NCBI GenBank assembly: GCA_050084515.1
Contig: CM114271.1
Span: forward strand, 34,658,001-34,722,000
Length of the DNA: 64,000 nucleotides
DNA from: Blasia pusilla
Lineage: Eukaryota
Reading direction: 5' to 3'
Under the pieces are notes generated by a model. The model was given only the letters and a program-made list of their open reading frames with translations, had not been told where the DNA came from and searched no databases. This document shows positions 1 through 12,901 of the stretch, one piece after another. Each line of letters starts with the position of its first letter. Position 1 is the stretch's first letter. The translations under genes were made by a program, and so were the position numbers.

Positions 1-981
1 TCCCGTTGAGGCTTTCAGGTATTTGAATTTTGAGAGTCCGTCTCGTTTATATTCCCGATGAATTTTTCATCACCCACTTTTATTCATGCTCTCTTTCCGC
101 TCCTCAGGAATGGGAAGGTGAAAGCTCTTGCTTTCACCTTTCCATGTCCTTTCCCTACTCATTTCTAGGAACTAAGGGAGAAAAAGCCTCAATAAAAAGT
201 GGGTGATGGAAAACCCATCATGAATACAAAAGAGGGGGACTCAAAGAGTTGAGTATGTTAAAGACTCAACAGAAAAAAAAAAGGGGCACCCCCTTACTGG
301 CTTAAACTTACCAACAATATAGAAAATATTAACACCACCTAGAGAGATATGACTACCACTAGTGACTGGAGTTGAGTTTGCCCCATTAGCTTGGGCACAA
401 CAAAAAAGAATTGTAATAATTAAGGACAACCCATTTCTCGAATGAACCCACGTGACACAATGCCTCTAAAAATTGTATGGGCTCCCATCATCAAAGAAGA
501 TTGGAGCCCATTATTAAGGGAGATAACTTGGGAGGAGAAAGAGGTAAGCTCTCTCCAGGTGAAGGTGAAGATTTTAGTGGAAAAAAGCCATCATCCAACT
601 CCCTTGAAAATGCATGTGCATCGGAAGGAAGGTGAAGGTGAAAACTCACGTCCAAATACGATCGCTAAAAGATTATCACGAAGCGTAGGTTCCTTCGTTA
701 AATCTCAAAGTTCCTGGCCATGGCTGAACGTTCATTGCGTGGGGTTGCTACGGCCGTTCCATAGATATACCAACGTGGGCATTTTTCTCACGCAGACGCT
801 CCAAGAGTTTGGCCGGAACTGTCGAAACCTTTCGATGCAGAAGGGTTCTTGCAACGCTCTCCAGTAGTACGTGGATGCACACACCCGCGGGAGGTTTGCG
901 TTTGTGGCTGCTTGGCAGCACGCATGGTGTACCGACTGGACCCAACATTGAGGTAGAAGGCGCGCAGCGAGTCAGTCGGTG

Positions 982-2114
982 ATGGCCCCGCCCGAGGCTC
1001 GCGTAACTGGAGAATGCGAGGACTGTAGAGCGAGAGCGCAGGGCTCGGCGTCGACGCTGAGTTCCGGAATCGACGACAGGAACGGGCAGGTGAATTTCCA
1101 AGAGCTGGCTGACATAAGTGCCAAATATGAAAGGCAGAAGAAAGCCTATGAGGAAACGCAGAGAAGGCTGCGATTTCTCAAACTCCCGGACACCGATACT
1201 CTCGGCGACTGTTTCAGAGGAGATGTCACCTTCGTCGTGCACGCGACCATTCCGAGAGTCGTACATGCACACCGCTTCATCTTGGTACGTACGTGCTTGA
1301 AATCCCGAGCTAGGAAATCGACATCCTCGACGCTGTAAAGCGAACGAGGAATACGTACACCTGTGGCGCTTGGTTTCATCGACAATGGGGGTTTAGGTTG
1401 CTGTCACTAAATGAGAAACCATCAGGAGATCAATTTCGCCGAGAACTTTCCTTCGTAATCTTCAAACAGCTTTGAAAGATCATCGCCGAAAAGAATCTGA
1501 TTCTACTCAGACGTAAATTGATGACCGTCAACTCAACGCGTCGAAGTCTAAGCTCAAAGTGCAGGCAGGCGTCCAGCTAGGGAGGGTATGGAGAGAGAGA
1601 TGAGTCCTTCATTCGGCCGGATCGTCCATAGAAAAACCTAATGAACAGATTCGCGTCCTTCGCGCACAAAACTCGGAAACATTGCGTACTGAACAGGCAA
1701 TCATGTGGACTGCTCGGGATCAATTTGCAGGCATGTCGATCATCGGTGTTCCGGAGGATGTTCGAGGTCGGTATGTCAGAGGAGGAAACCGGAAGGATTC
1801 AGATCAACGACGCGTCCTATGCGACAATGCGCGCGGTTGTGAACTACTGCTACACGGCTGAAATTTCATTCAGCGACGAAGTACGTCCTGAAGAAGTTCT
1901 TAAAGTCGCACATAAATACGATATACCGATGCTCAAAGGTCTATGCGACGAGGAGCTTTGTGGGAGAATAACCCCATTGAATCTGCCAGAGATGTTGAGG
2001 CTCTCCCGAACGTACGAGGCGCGCAAACTCCATAAAGATGCCATGAACTACTTCAAGCACAATTTCGACACCGTCCAAGAAACCGTCATGGACACTCTGT
2101 TCCCTGTCAAATAA
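982..2114 (+). CDS. BTB/POZ-domain protein (At4g08455-like), 2 exons: 982-1284, 1731-2114; ~228 aa
   Basis: Exon 1 ends ...GDVTFVVH...VHAHRFIL at a GTACGT donor (1285). The acceptor TTTGCAG ends at 1730 and exon 2 continues in phase 0: ACRSSVFRRMF...IQINDASYATMRAVVNYCYT...AHKYDIPMLKGLC. This is a classic BTB fold. There is an N-terminal CxxC and a coiled coil. Confidence 0.88.
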
Positions 2115-4954
2115 AGAAATTTCATGAACGGATTCGGTAGCTGATAATTCACCGATCAAGCTGTTGATCACTCGATTTCCGGATCTCGTTCTATCCTCGC
2201 TCTCATCTGTGCGGATACTTCCTGTCAGCATGCAGAATCTAGAACACACTCATATCGCGATGAACTCGTCCAAACAGGAATCAGCAATGGACAGAAACAT
2301 CTTCCACAAAAGGTGCAGATACCCTTCTCGACTTCTCGACCTCTGCGGTTCAACTTCCTGATATCACCAAAGTCAATAGAGCCTGCAGACATTTTCTTTT
2401 CACGCGGAGAAGCGTCGGATTTATTTTCGACGACTAGAACTACAGCAACTGGACATCTACATAACGAAGCTTTGATAAAAAATTACACAACATTTCGTGC
2501 TCGGGTGACCCCTCTAGCCATTTGACGCATACATATGTCTGATTAAGTTCGAGATCTGGGAGTCATAAGTTTATCAAACAGATATTAGATGTAGATTGGG
2601 CCGTGCGCGTGACCATGATCGGCGTACTATGACCGGCAGTACCATCACATGGTTCTAATCGAACGAAGATTGAATAATTAGTGTCGGGTGGACATCACCG
2701 GATAGTACTGATCGTGAACAACGTCCGTGTCAGCGCTGCAGAGCTCAACTAGACTCATGATCTGTCTGTCGAACTATCTTGATTATCAATTATCGATGTA
2801 GCAGTTACGAACATTCGTCAGTTAATTCGACTGTTGGATGAAGCGGTTTCCGACGGTTTGAGGACGGCCTAATTCATGTACACGAATATGTCGTTCGCAC
2901 GATCCATCATGAAGATCTGTCTGGTAGTCAAACTGGGAGGATAGGCTATCGTATGGGGGGGGAGGAGTTGAAGAATGTTGTGGATTCCTTCCAGAGCGAG
3001 AGCCCAGTGTCTTATGTCACAATGCTCCATGATCATCCGAGCTTGAGCCACCTCTCGTCTTAAATTTAGCAGTTCGAACATGTGAAGCGGCCATATCTAG
3101 CGAGACCGAATCCATGGCACCGTACGTATACCCAGCTTATATGTTCCTGTTTGAACAGCAGTATGTATCTCCTCCAGTCCCTGAGACGGAAGGCCCTGAA
3201 TGATCGTACTCAAGAGCATGCCCCACTGGGAATCCTCGCATAGAATCGTTGCCTGTGGTGATCATCGCACTGCCCAATCTCCTCAATTTCATATGACGGC
3301 AACAATTCGGCCCCGAAGACCCATCGAGTGCTAAATGAGTATAGGGGTCTTCCTTAATCCTCGTCCCTTCTGATCGAGAGGGTTGTTCGCCATGAACATG
3401 GCGCAATCACGAGCCAGATCGTGCCTTCGCCACTACCACACCAAAATATGAGTCAGTCACGAGGTATCGATGTCATTGTGCGGAAGAAATTCCAAGTCTA
3501 CTACGGTAATTTGCTTTGGATCCTATCCACTTAACTGAATTGCAAAGATAGGCTAGAAATCGGAGAGTTCAAAGTTGAAACGCAGCAAGATCTGAAAAAT
3601 CCCAAGATCCGCCGATCTATACTGCCTAATCTGAGGAGATCGCTCGGAGCTGGTGGCGGGAACAAAGATCGATCTTGTTTCAAGACGATTACTAGGTGAA
3701 GTTTTTCGGACGGGTCTTTGTGACTCCGATTCGCGTGGAGAGTAGACCATCGAAACACATCGTGGCCCGCAAATCCAATCATTGCTGGTTCACTGTCACG
3801 AGCTCAAGGGTGCTCCGCCGGCGGAATGCAAGAGTGCAGCTGTGCTCAATCACATAGATAAGACGGTATTATGACCTACAAGTACGTGATCATTAGTGAG
3901 TGCCATTTTCGTTCCTGCCCTAGCGAATGCGCATGCGCGCGGAGTGGGTCTTGCTAAGCGTTTGAACATGATCTAGACGCTGAAGGCACGATCAGGCTCG
4001 TGATCGCATCTTCTTGACGTAGTCCAGGAACAGGCATTGCCAACCTCCACATGTGTGCAATGGGGTTGCAACAGCAAGGGCTAGGGTCCCCGACTGGTGC
4101 TGTAAATCCGGCGAAATCTTAGTTCCCTTGCCCTTGCGCGCGAACCGGATCGCGATCCACTTCGTGCGCAAGTCCGAAGCAAATCTGGAATCCATGCGAC
4201 CTTCGAATTTTGAAATCTTTAGATCCCTAGACATCTGCATTTAGTAGGAATGTGTTGTGCATGCATGACAGTGAGTATTGGAAAGCATATTTGAGATGCC
4301 TTGCAGCTCTCCTTGATGAGAATTAATCGAAGCACTGGATCCATGGACCCCAGGTTTGCTTTCCTTGTGTCTGTCGAAATGTAATCCATGAGATTCCAGT
4401 TTTTCGAAGAAAGTTCCACAGTACATTTGCTAATCGCCAAAGAAAGAAAACCGTTGTCTACTGAATCAGCTTGTCGACGTCAGATTCAAATGTGCACACT
4501 GCGGCGGAATCCACTCCCGACAAACCTTGACTCATGCAACCAGTCGAAGTTCAGAGATGAAGATCAGCTACTGTAAGGAATATTTTCAATGGGCAATGAA
4601 TTTCTCGTATCGATGAGAAGCCATCGTTCATTGTCTAGAGACAGTTCAGAGAGCATCCGAATCAAGCTACAGGACGCGGTGAATTTCTTGTGATGTAACT
4701 AGTTGTTCCAAGCACAAGTTCGAATAGTCATACATATAGTACGCCGTTTGAAGCTCGTCCACAGTTCCAAATTAAAGTCACGATTGAACTGAATGCAAAC
4801 TCGATTTCTTATACTTGCTTACGCGATTTGCCAGACCGCACACAATATTCACAAGTAAAGACCAGAACAATTTAGACGCGTAGTGGGACTGAATACCTAG
4901 CAGAGCTCTGCAGGCATGTGCTGCGCGTGATTAGTTCACTCCCGTGAGCGATGG

Positions 4955-6091
4955 TTAAGCGTAGGCTCCGCTGCTCAACAAGTAGGCTTCTAAACCGTGG
5001 AAGAGTTGGTCAAATCCACCCTTCGCTTGCTCAAGAATGGTTTCGGCGGCATCACCTCCCCCAGAATAATCCAGAGTGCTTAGCACTCTCACCTTGTCGG
5101 CACCCTCGGCGAAGAAGCTCACCGTGGATTGCCACTTGGTGAAGCCCGCGGCGAGATGCCCTCCTTCGATCTCCTCGGTGACCAAGGTCTTGGTTTCCTG
5201 GTTGATGCTCACGAGCCTCTCCTTCACGTAAGCGCCCTCAGGAAGAGCTGCGAAAACAACCACAACCGTCACAAAAATTGCACCACGAGCCCACCTATCG
5301 ATCGGGGCTTCAACTTCTTACGTCAAGAGAACTTTCCTGTTCAATTTCCCCAACCCCTACGGCTGTCAGCGATGGCGAGTTGGTTGAATCTGGCAGCCGC
5401 CGAGCATCGCGATGAGCTAGAGCTGCACTCAATTGATTTCTTAGGTGGCCCTCTTTGCGATTCACAGAAGTCCACGTTAATTTGCGTCGCTTGCCATTGA
5501 GAGATCTCGCAATGGTATTTGAACACCACTATAATTTAATTTCAAAAGTTTCCAGCACACGAATGTTCTTCTCTACCCAGGTTTTCATTCATACACTTCA
5601 ATGACATTTTTATTCTGACCAAGCTCAACTCTAGCATTAAATTAAATGGCGTTCTATAGCGCGACGACTTCACAATCGGTCTATGTACTTCACCATAAGA
5701 TCAGGTTTAGCTAAATGACGCTGATTACCTCCATCCAGAGTAATGACCGGTGCAACTCTGCGGATGAAAGACGCTGCGGACTCTAGCCTTCCAGATCTAG
5801 AGCTCCGTTCTTTCCCTCGGGTCCCAATTTCAGAAACTAGACCTCGGTAAAGAAGAGACAGGTGCATGACCTAACCGGTAGATGATGTGGAAGACGGGAG
5901 CGGACAGATCTTTTACCTGACCCGAACTTGATGAGACTCACGGAGCCAACCTGTCCATGCGTGCCCTGAATTATATCGATGCTTGCCATGAAGTGAGGGG
6001 CAATTTTGGGGAGGATATCTTTGGCATCCTTCAAAGCCGCCCAAATGCGGGACGCTGACACTCCCAGCACCAACTCATGTCGCAACGACAT
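4955..6091 (-). CDS. PR-10 / Bet v 1 / MLP-like (SRPBCC/START fold) protein, 2 exons: 6091-5917, 5247-4955; ~155 aa
   Basis: MSLRHELVLGVSASRIWAALKD...LPKIAPHFMASIDIIQGTHGQVGSV (Gly-rich loop). Phase-1 GT-AG intron 5916-5248. Exon 2 reads YVKERLVSIN...IEGGHL...LEAYLLSS. Length and single phase-1 intron are typical of the PR-10 family. Confidence 0.88.
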
Positions 6092-9000
6092 TCTGTCACC
6101 GACGTACCGACGAACCACGATCTCTGGAAGAAGTGCCTTCGAGACGCTGAGGCCGAGTCCAATCGAGAGCTCCCGCTGTGAGATCGATCCTATGAGTCTC
6201 ACGATGAAGAGATGAATATCAAGATCTTCGCTCCCCATCTCATATCTCTCTCTCTCTCTCTGAGACTCCAATAGTACCTTCCCAGAAGCGCGGATCGATC
6301 GTGCGTGCACTGCAGCTGTGGCTGCAGATCATGCGGAATCTCATGTAGCGGGGTGGTGCTAATTCACAAACCGTATGTGAGTGGATAACACTCATGATGC
6401 AAGTGCTTCAAACCTCGAGTATTTAAATTCTAAACTATGGTGTTTCCTCCCGTGCCGTGCGGTTTGGCACGACTACTCGAGAAGAATGAGTTGTCGTGAG
6501 TCAATGTGCTCAAATTACAGATGAAAGAAAGAGTCGTGCGACCGAAATATGCCAATTTGTCCGGAACACATGTACGTGAATTGCCCGGAGTGTGAAGGTT
6601 CAACGATTAAAGAAGTGAGAGAGTTAAAGTTTTTTTCTTCTTTAAAAGGGAAAATTCCGGAATTTTCTTTGGATGCTCGACGCTCCTCGCGCCACTTCCA
6701 TTTGGTGCCCATCTTCGCATATACGCCTTACTCGTCTCCCAAAGAGTCCCAACGTAATACATATTAATATAAATTCAATATGATTATTATTAGGGTAATC
6801 TGGTGGATCTTTAAAGGTTATTGAAAACTATTTTGAACGGTCCTATAGGTTGTCCTACTTTGAACAATCCCACTGAAAATTGGTTTTCATAGTTGACTCC
6901 AAATCTACCCCCCACAAACCCCATATATACCCACCTCTAATTTGATTGACTTCATAATTATTTTCTCTAAATTTTCAAGAACATAGGTCTAGACGTGATT
7001 GGTTAAAATTACCACATGTCAACAAGAGAGGAGTTTGAAATTTGGAGGGGCACTCTACAACAATAATATAAGATTTAATTAAATTTCATCACTTATTTGT
7101 AATAAGATCACATACCATAAGTCATAAGAGGAGATTGGAATTCCTATTGAATATATGTCAATTAGTGGAAGGATTTGATATTGAATCTTATTAATAGTTA
7201 CAACAAATAGACGTTGAAAGGAAAATTGGTATCTTCGTAAATTACAAAAGAAATCGAGAATAAGATTCAATTACTTAAATAAAAGGAATGAACATTCAAT
7301 CCACAATAATATTCTTCCATAATAATTTAAGCATCTATGACATGTTGCATAAAATCATGAATCATCACTTGAATTTTACCACTTGTTGAATCTTTAGATC
7401 CATTCATATCTATTTGTTTATTCGTCATTTCCCTTCTAATTCCTTAATGCTACTTTATGAGTATCACACTCGCAAACTTGCTAGTATGTACCACAAACTT
7501 TGCAGCCTCTAATACTTGCAAAATACCAATACAATGTGAAAATGGGAGGGTTTAGCACATAGAACTTAAAGGATACTCCCAAACACATTTTATAATTACC
7601 ATTCAGAAAATTATTTGAAAATACATAAAATAAAATTCGATCAAAGAAATTTGAAAAACAAATTACATGGAGATCACAATCAATATCTAAAAAATACCTC
7701 TACTCTAGATGTAGTCACATAGATGTAGTGCATATTGTGACCGGAGAAGTAGTTGCCGTACCTAATCAACTATTTGAATGTTATTTTCAAGTGCATATGG
7801 GATCGGTGCAAGAACATAATCCCCTATCCCTAACGTCCCTACAACTATGCTTAAGGGCCTCTAATCATGCATGATCGACACGGATCTCTCTATTCACCTC
7901 AAAGTTTATATGAGCCTCCTCCTCTTAAGTGTGCTATATGGAATTGTTATCCAACTCTAATCGATGAGTCATCCTCTTGGTAGACTTCTGACCACCCCGT
8001 GAAGCCCTTTGACTCTATCATTTTTAGATTAGAACAGTGTATAATTTTTTTACGCTAACACAAGATAACATAGTACATTGCATCTGAGATCAAGAATCAC
8101 AAGCATCTGCTTACCCTTCAAAGCACCACCTAGATCGAAAAGAAAGAGTGTTGAAATGACTTAGGCAAAGCAGAGGCCACGCACCTTTAAAGCACCAAAA
8201 GAATGTTGCAAGTCTAAGTCCAAGTTATAGATGTGTGAGTACAAGTATTTGTTTCTTTGCAAGTTTTGGTCGTGACTTATTAGAAAAATATTTTTAATAA
8301 GTTTAATTTTGAGTCCTTCACTCATAAAAGACATGCAAAAAATATACTCGCAAATCCAAATCCACCAAAAACTTACTTTCAAATTACTCGAATAATTGAG
8401 ATTTGTAAGAAAATACTCGTAATATACTTGTAAAGTAGTAGTCCGGACCAAAACGGGACTTACAAAACAACATTTGGAACCATCCCTCCACATCCCAACC
8501 CCTAAAAGTGATATGTACCTTACCAATTTCCTTAAGTCATGAAAGTCTTACAATTCATATGACAAATACACACGATTGTAACTTGCCAATATACAAGTGA
8601 AGTCTACGCAAGACGTCCCAAAAATTTCTTTTGCTGAGCAGATGTTGGTGGAGAATTGAAAATTTTGACATAGGTAGAGTTGGATCATATCGATTGCTTG
8701 TGGCTTGGTGTTAGTGTGTTTAGTTTACAATGAGTCGATCTTGGTTGTGCACTTGATTAATTAAGTGTTTTTGATTGTAAAAAGCTTGACGATTATATGG
8801 TGTATGTGACGTGAGGGTCGAGATGAGCGCAGCCTTGCATGAAGTGTATGTGGCCAGATTATGACTCTCTTTCAAGATAGTGTTTACCTTTGGCACTTGA
8901 CAGCTAGGAGACAAATAGGGAGAGTGTAATAAATTTTTGTTGGTTGCTAGGTAAGTCATAGGAGATATATGTTGTCAAGACTCGAATATATATATATAAT

Positions 9001-12000
9001 CTTCCAGTAGGATAGTGCAAGTAGAACATGACGAGGTGTATAGGTCCACAAAAGGCCAATGCTAGTTCTTTGAGGTGATTTTTGAACCCCCTAGTAACTT
9101 CATGCATGAGTTTGGTGCATGATGTGTGTGATCCACGATTCATAGCCGGTTAGCATTTACTCCTCTCATGGTGTAGACTTGGTTTTTTTGAGCACCTAGA
9201 GAGTGCTACAATAGCCGACTAAGCGGATTTCTTGGAGAAATACGTGTAAGAAAAAAACTTTGCCACCATAGACTATATGTCTCAAGAGATATCGGAGGAT
9301 TCCTAAGACTCTCCCCAATTTGGGGAGATTCTCTAGGAGGCTTATATATGCATGAGTCGCTTAATTGGAGAAACTCGAGAAGTGATCGAGCTGCAACCTA
9401 TACTATATTGGTATGGGGCACTTAACTATAAACTAGGACAATGAATTAGAGATTGTGTTTTGATTAGAATAACAAACAAGCTAACTTTGAAGAAGGTGTT
9501 TTGGGTGTCTAAGGACATTGAGCTCAAAAACATCTTAGAGCATATGGTGATGTCTAGCTTTGCGAGAGCTTGCCAAAAGCCAAAACATTGTCATGTGCAC
9601 TTTGTGTGTGGATAGGTGCGTCGCAAGACGAGGATGGCCTATGTGCGCCTATACGAGACATTGTGAGGTTTGTTCCATCCTTTGCAAGATACTCCCCTAC
9701 TTGAGTTGTTGGACCTTAATTTAGTGGTGCTCAATGAAAACTACATTATCCTAAATAACATGAGCATTTAGCACTAATGCGATTAGAAAATGGGGGGAGG
9801 GGGCCCATTCTTATAGTGTAATCACTATCAACTGTCCAGTCATATCCACAAATTATTTTTCCATCTCAACCCAGAGATGAGATTTGAAGGAGAACTAGTA
9901 TCTAGTGGTACACTGAGTGGTGGTAGGAGTCGTGGTGTGAAACCCCCAAGGCCATTATGATGACCGTGATAGATATGGGTTTTGTCCATGTGGGAGTCAT
10001 GTCCTAGTATTTGTCAAAGCTGATAGAGATGATCTATTGGATGGTAATCTTTGAGCCATAATCATCACTATAGAGGAGTAGGTGGTTTTCCTTACTCGCT
10101 TTGCATTGTCTTGCACTGCTATATTCACATCCACTTTGTGAGTCACAGAATCCATCATATAGTCCCAGTATAATTGCACTAGACTCATAACTTTGCAAGT
10201 CTTGCACTCATGATTGGACTTGTAAATTTCAATTGCACACGGCTATGAAGTTTTATTTCTTCTACACATAGTTTAGTCAAGAAAGGCTCGCAAGGTTCTT
10301 GTAAGCGCCTCACAACTTTTTTGCAGCTTTGGAGTTATTTTATAGTCTTTGCAAGTCTAAGTAGTCGGAAAAATTTATCTTAAAAGTCACTTTCAAAAAT
10401 CACGCAAAAAAGTTGTGATTTTCTGCAATAGCAAAATATTTGTTTTTTCTCCTCTTTTGCTCGATTTGGACTCATTTTTTTATCTATAACATTTTCAAGT
10501 ATGTGTTTGAGTCTCGTGAAGTTGCAAGTTGCAATGTTAGGTACAAGCACTTTGCAAGTCAATTACAATGCACACTCACAAATCTCAATGCAAGGTTTTT
10601 GCAATTCTTCTACTTCTAACAGGACTAGCAAATATGCCTAACTTGTAACTTAATCGCAATTGAATTAAAAAGTATGTGTCACATCTTAATAACCGATAGG
10701 TAGAGATCTATCGTCGCGATGGCATAGAGAGCTTGCAGACTATCTTGAGTGTAACTTCGTCTTGAGGTGTTGGATGAGGTTGAGGATAGGTCCGTTGTGT
10801 CAGGAACGTCATTTTTTTTTACTTTCCTATTTGGGTCTTTCACGGCCGGATGACTTGTTGAGCACGTTCACCCGCCCTTGGTAACTTGTGCACGTAGGTT
10901 ACCAAGCGGATCACTATTTTTAGGGGAAGAGCCTTTTGGCTTTTCCCACACCTATATAAGGGAGAGAGATGGCTTTCCCAAGCCATCTTTCTCGTGTAAA
11001 AATAAGAGTAAAAATGGCACACCCAACATAAAACTCCATCCCTCAGTCTACATCGGCATATCAAGCCTCGTCCACCCTCTCCTACCAGGGAATTCGGACG
11101 CTAGCACCTTGGTCATATCTCACACACAAACAAGAGAGATGCTCCAACGGCTCAACATGAGAAAGATGTTGGGCCTTATATAGGTGTGGCATGTTATCAT
11201 ATCAAAATCAAAAAACTTATTGAGAGTATATTGGCATTGAACTATTCATATATCACCTTCATTCTTGATAAACTCTCCAAAGAGAAAGTACTTAAGCTCT
11301 CCCAAGCCCTTTAACGAAACTCAACTTAGAGCCATCATACTATTAAGGGCGTTAGCTCACTTTGAAGACCAATGAATGAATGACACCTATAAGATTTATC
11401 CATGAAGTTTTTTTAAAATTTTATCCTATACTAAGCACAAAACAAGAATGGGTAAGGCTTTAATAATGAAGTTTAATTATTTATGTATTTATAAAAAAAT
11501 TAATTATAATTAACTCAAATTTAGACGTCTTTCCGGATTAAATCTTCTAGACTCTCTTTCATTTTTATTATCCTTTCTCATTTTAAAATTATTTTTTCAA
11601 GGTTCACACCAATGAAATTATGACAAAAATTAATTTAAAGTTTAGTTTTGAGGGAAAATTAATTTCCCTTTGGGAAAAAATGAAAAGGATATTAATAGGA
11701 CACTAATATGAAAATAATTATTCTTCAAAATAATGGAAGAAATAATATTTCTGTATTATTTTTAATTTTCAAGTTAGATTTGGAGAAAATTATGATCCCG
11801 AATTTGGGAAAAAAACTCATCAAAATAAGAGATTTTCTTTTACTTCTTAAAATATAGGGATTAGAAAAAGGATAAATGATTTTTTCAACAATAAAATAAT
11901 AAAAATATATGAAAATTTTTCTTGAGCCAAGTTAGATTTTTCTTGAGCCAAGTTAGAAAATTCTATGTTTCTTTTTTTTTCATCTTTTTTAAGATTTAAC

Positions 12001-12402
12001 TTTATTCATTATTCACTATTCAACTTTATCCACTATTCACTATTCAACACTTGCTCGTTGTTACCAATCAAAATCAAATCGTCAATTAAATGTCCCTCAA
12101 TTCTATGTGAATATTGTGAAGGATTAGAACTATAAGCTAGTCTTAAATCTAAGAAATAGAGAAATATACTTTTGTCAAGGAATGTGACCTTAAATTTTTT
12201 TCAATCAAGATTTTCGTAAATAGATTAGATTTCTTGATAAAGCAAGTATATATAGAACATCTATGAATCTAAAATTACTAATTCACATGCTAGATAATGG
12301 AAGAGTAATAAGAATTTCACCTATTTGAATGATTCAATGATGTGTATCATTTCTTATCACTAGAATTTTTGGTACTAGTGAAAGCTCCTACGATGCACAA
12401 GG

Positions 12403-12901
12403 TGTCAGGTCTTTTAGGATAGATCGGTGAGATCTAGTGGAGGACAGGCTCAGTAGGTCGAAGATGACCTGCTGAAGTCCCGAGAAACCAGAGAGAGCAG
12501 GTTTCCCCTTTGTTTCAGCTCATTTGGAGCCACATTGAGGAACTTACTATTTTAGGTAAGTACCATTATAAGTATGTGATCAACTTTCTATTTTTGGTTA
12601 GTGGCCCTTGACCTCCTACATCACGTCAAGAGCCAAGGAGGTGACTTGGGAGCATAGGTCACCATGAAGAGAGCTTGGGAGAGGGGAGGGGTATATCTCA
12701 AGGAGAGAGAGTTTGAGAGCTCATTCTCTTTTTGTTGAACCTCTTGGCATGAGGTGGTGGAGCTATGGTCTTGCTTGCCTTGTGTGTGCAACCCAAGCCT
12801 CTCATTAGGAGAATGGGTTTGGTTTGACATGGAGAGAGATATGTGAGAGTGCACACATATGAGAACTATGGTGTTGTGAGAGAAATTGGATCTTTATTTT
12901 A
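12403..12901 (+). repeat. Terminal repeat A1 of element copy 1
   Basis: Aligns by eye along its whole length to 20511-21029 and to 38890-39404. It has a ~20-bp deletion near its 5' end relative to those copies. Confidence 0.92.

Noticed and set aside
2869-3406. Short minus-strand ORFs between the BTB and PR-10 genes
   Set aside because: No recognisable domain or convincing splice model. A small gene cannot be excluded without RNA data.
7400-11200. Possible further CACTA/LTR remnants (TTGCAAGT-rich stretch 10190-10660; LTR-like 10700-11200)
   Set aside because: Probably TE-derived, but no termini or protein motifs could be established by eye.
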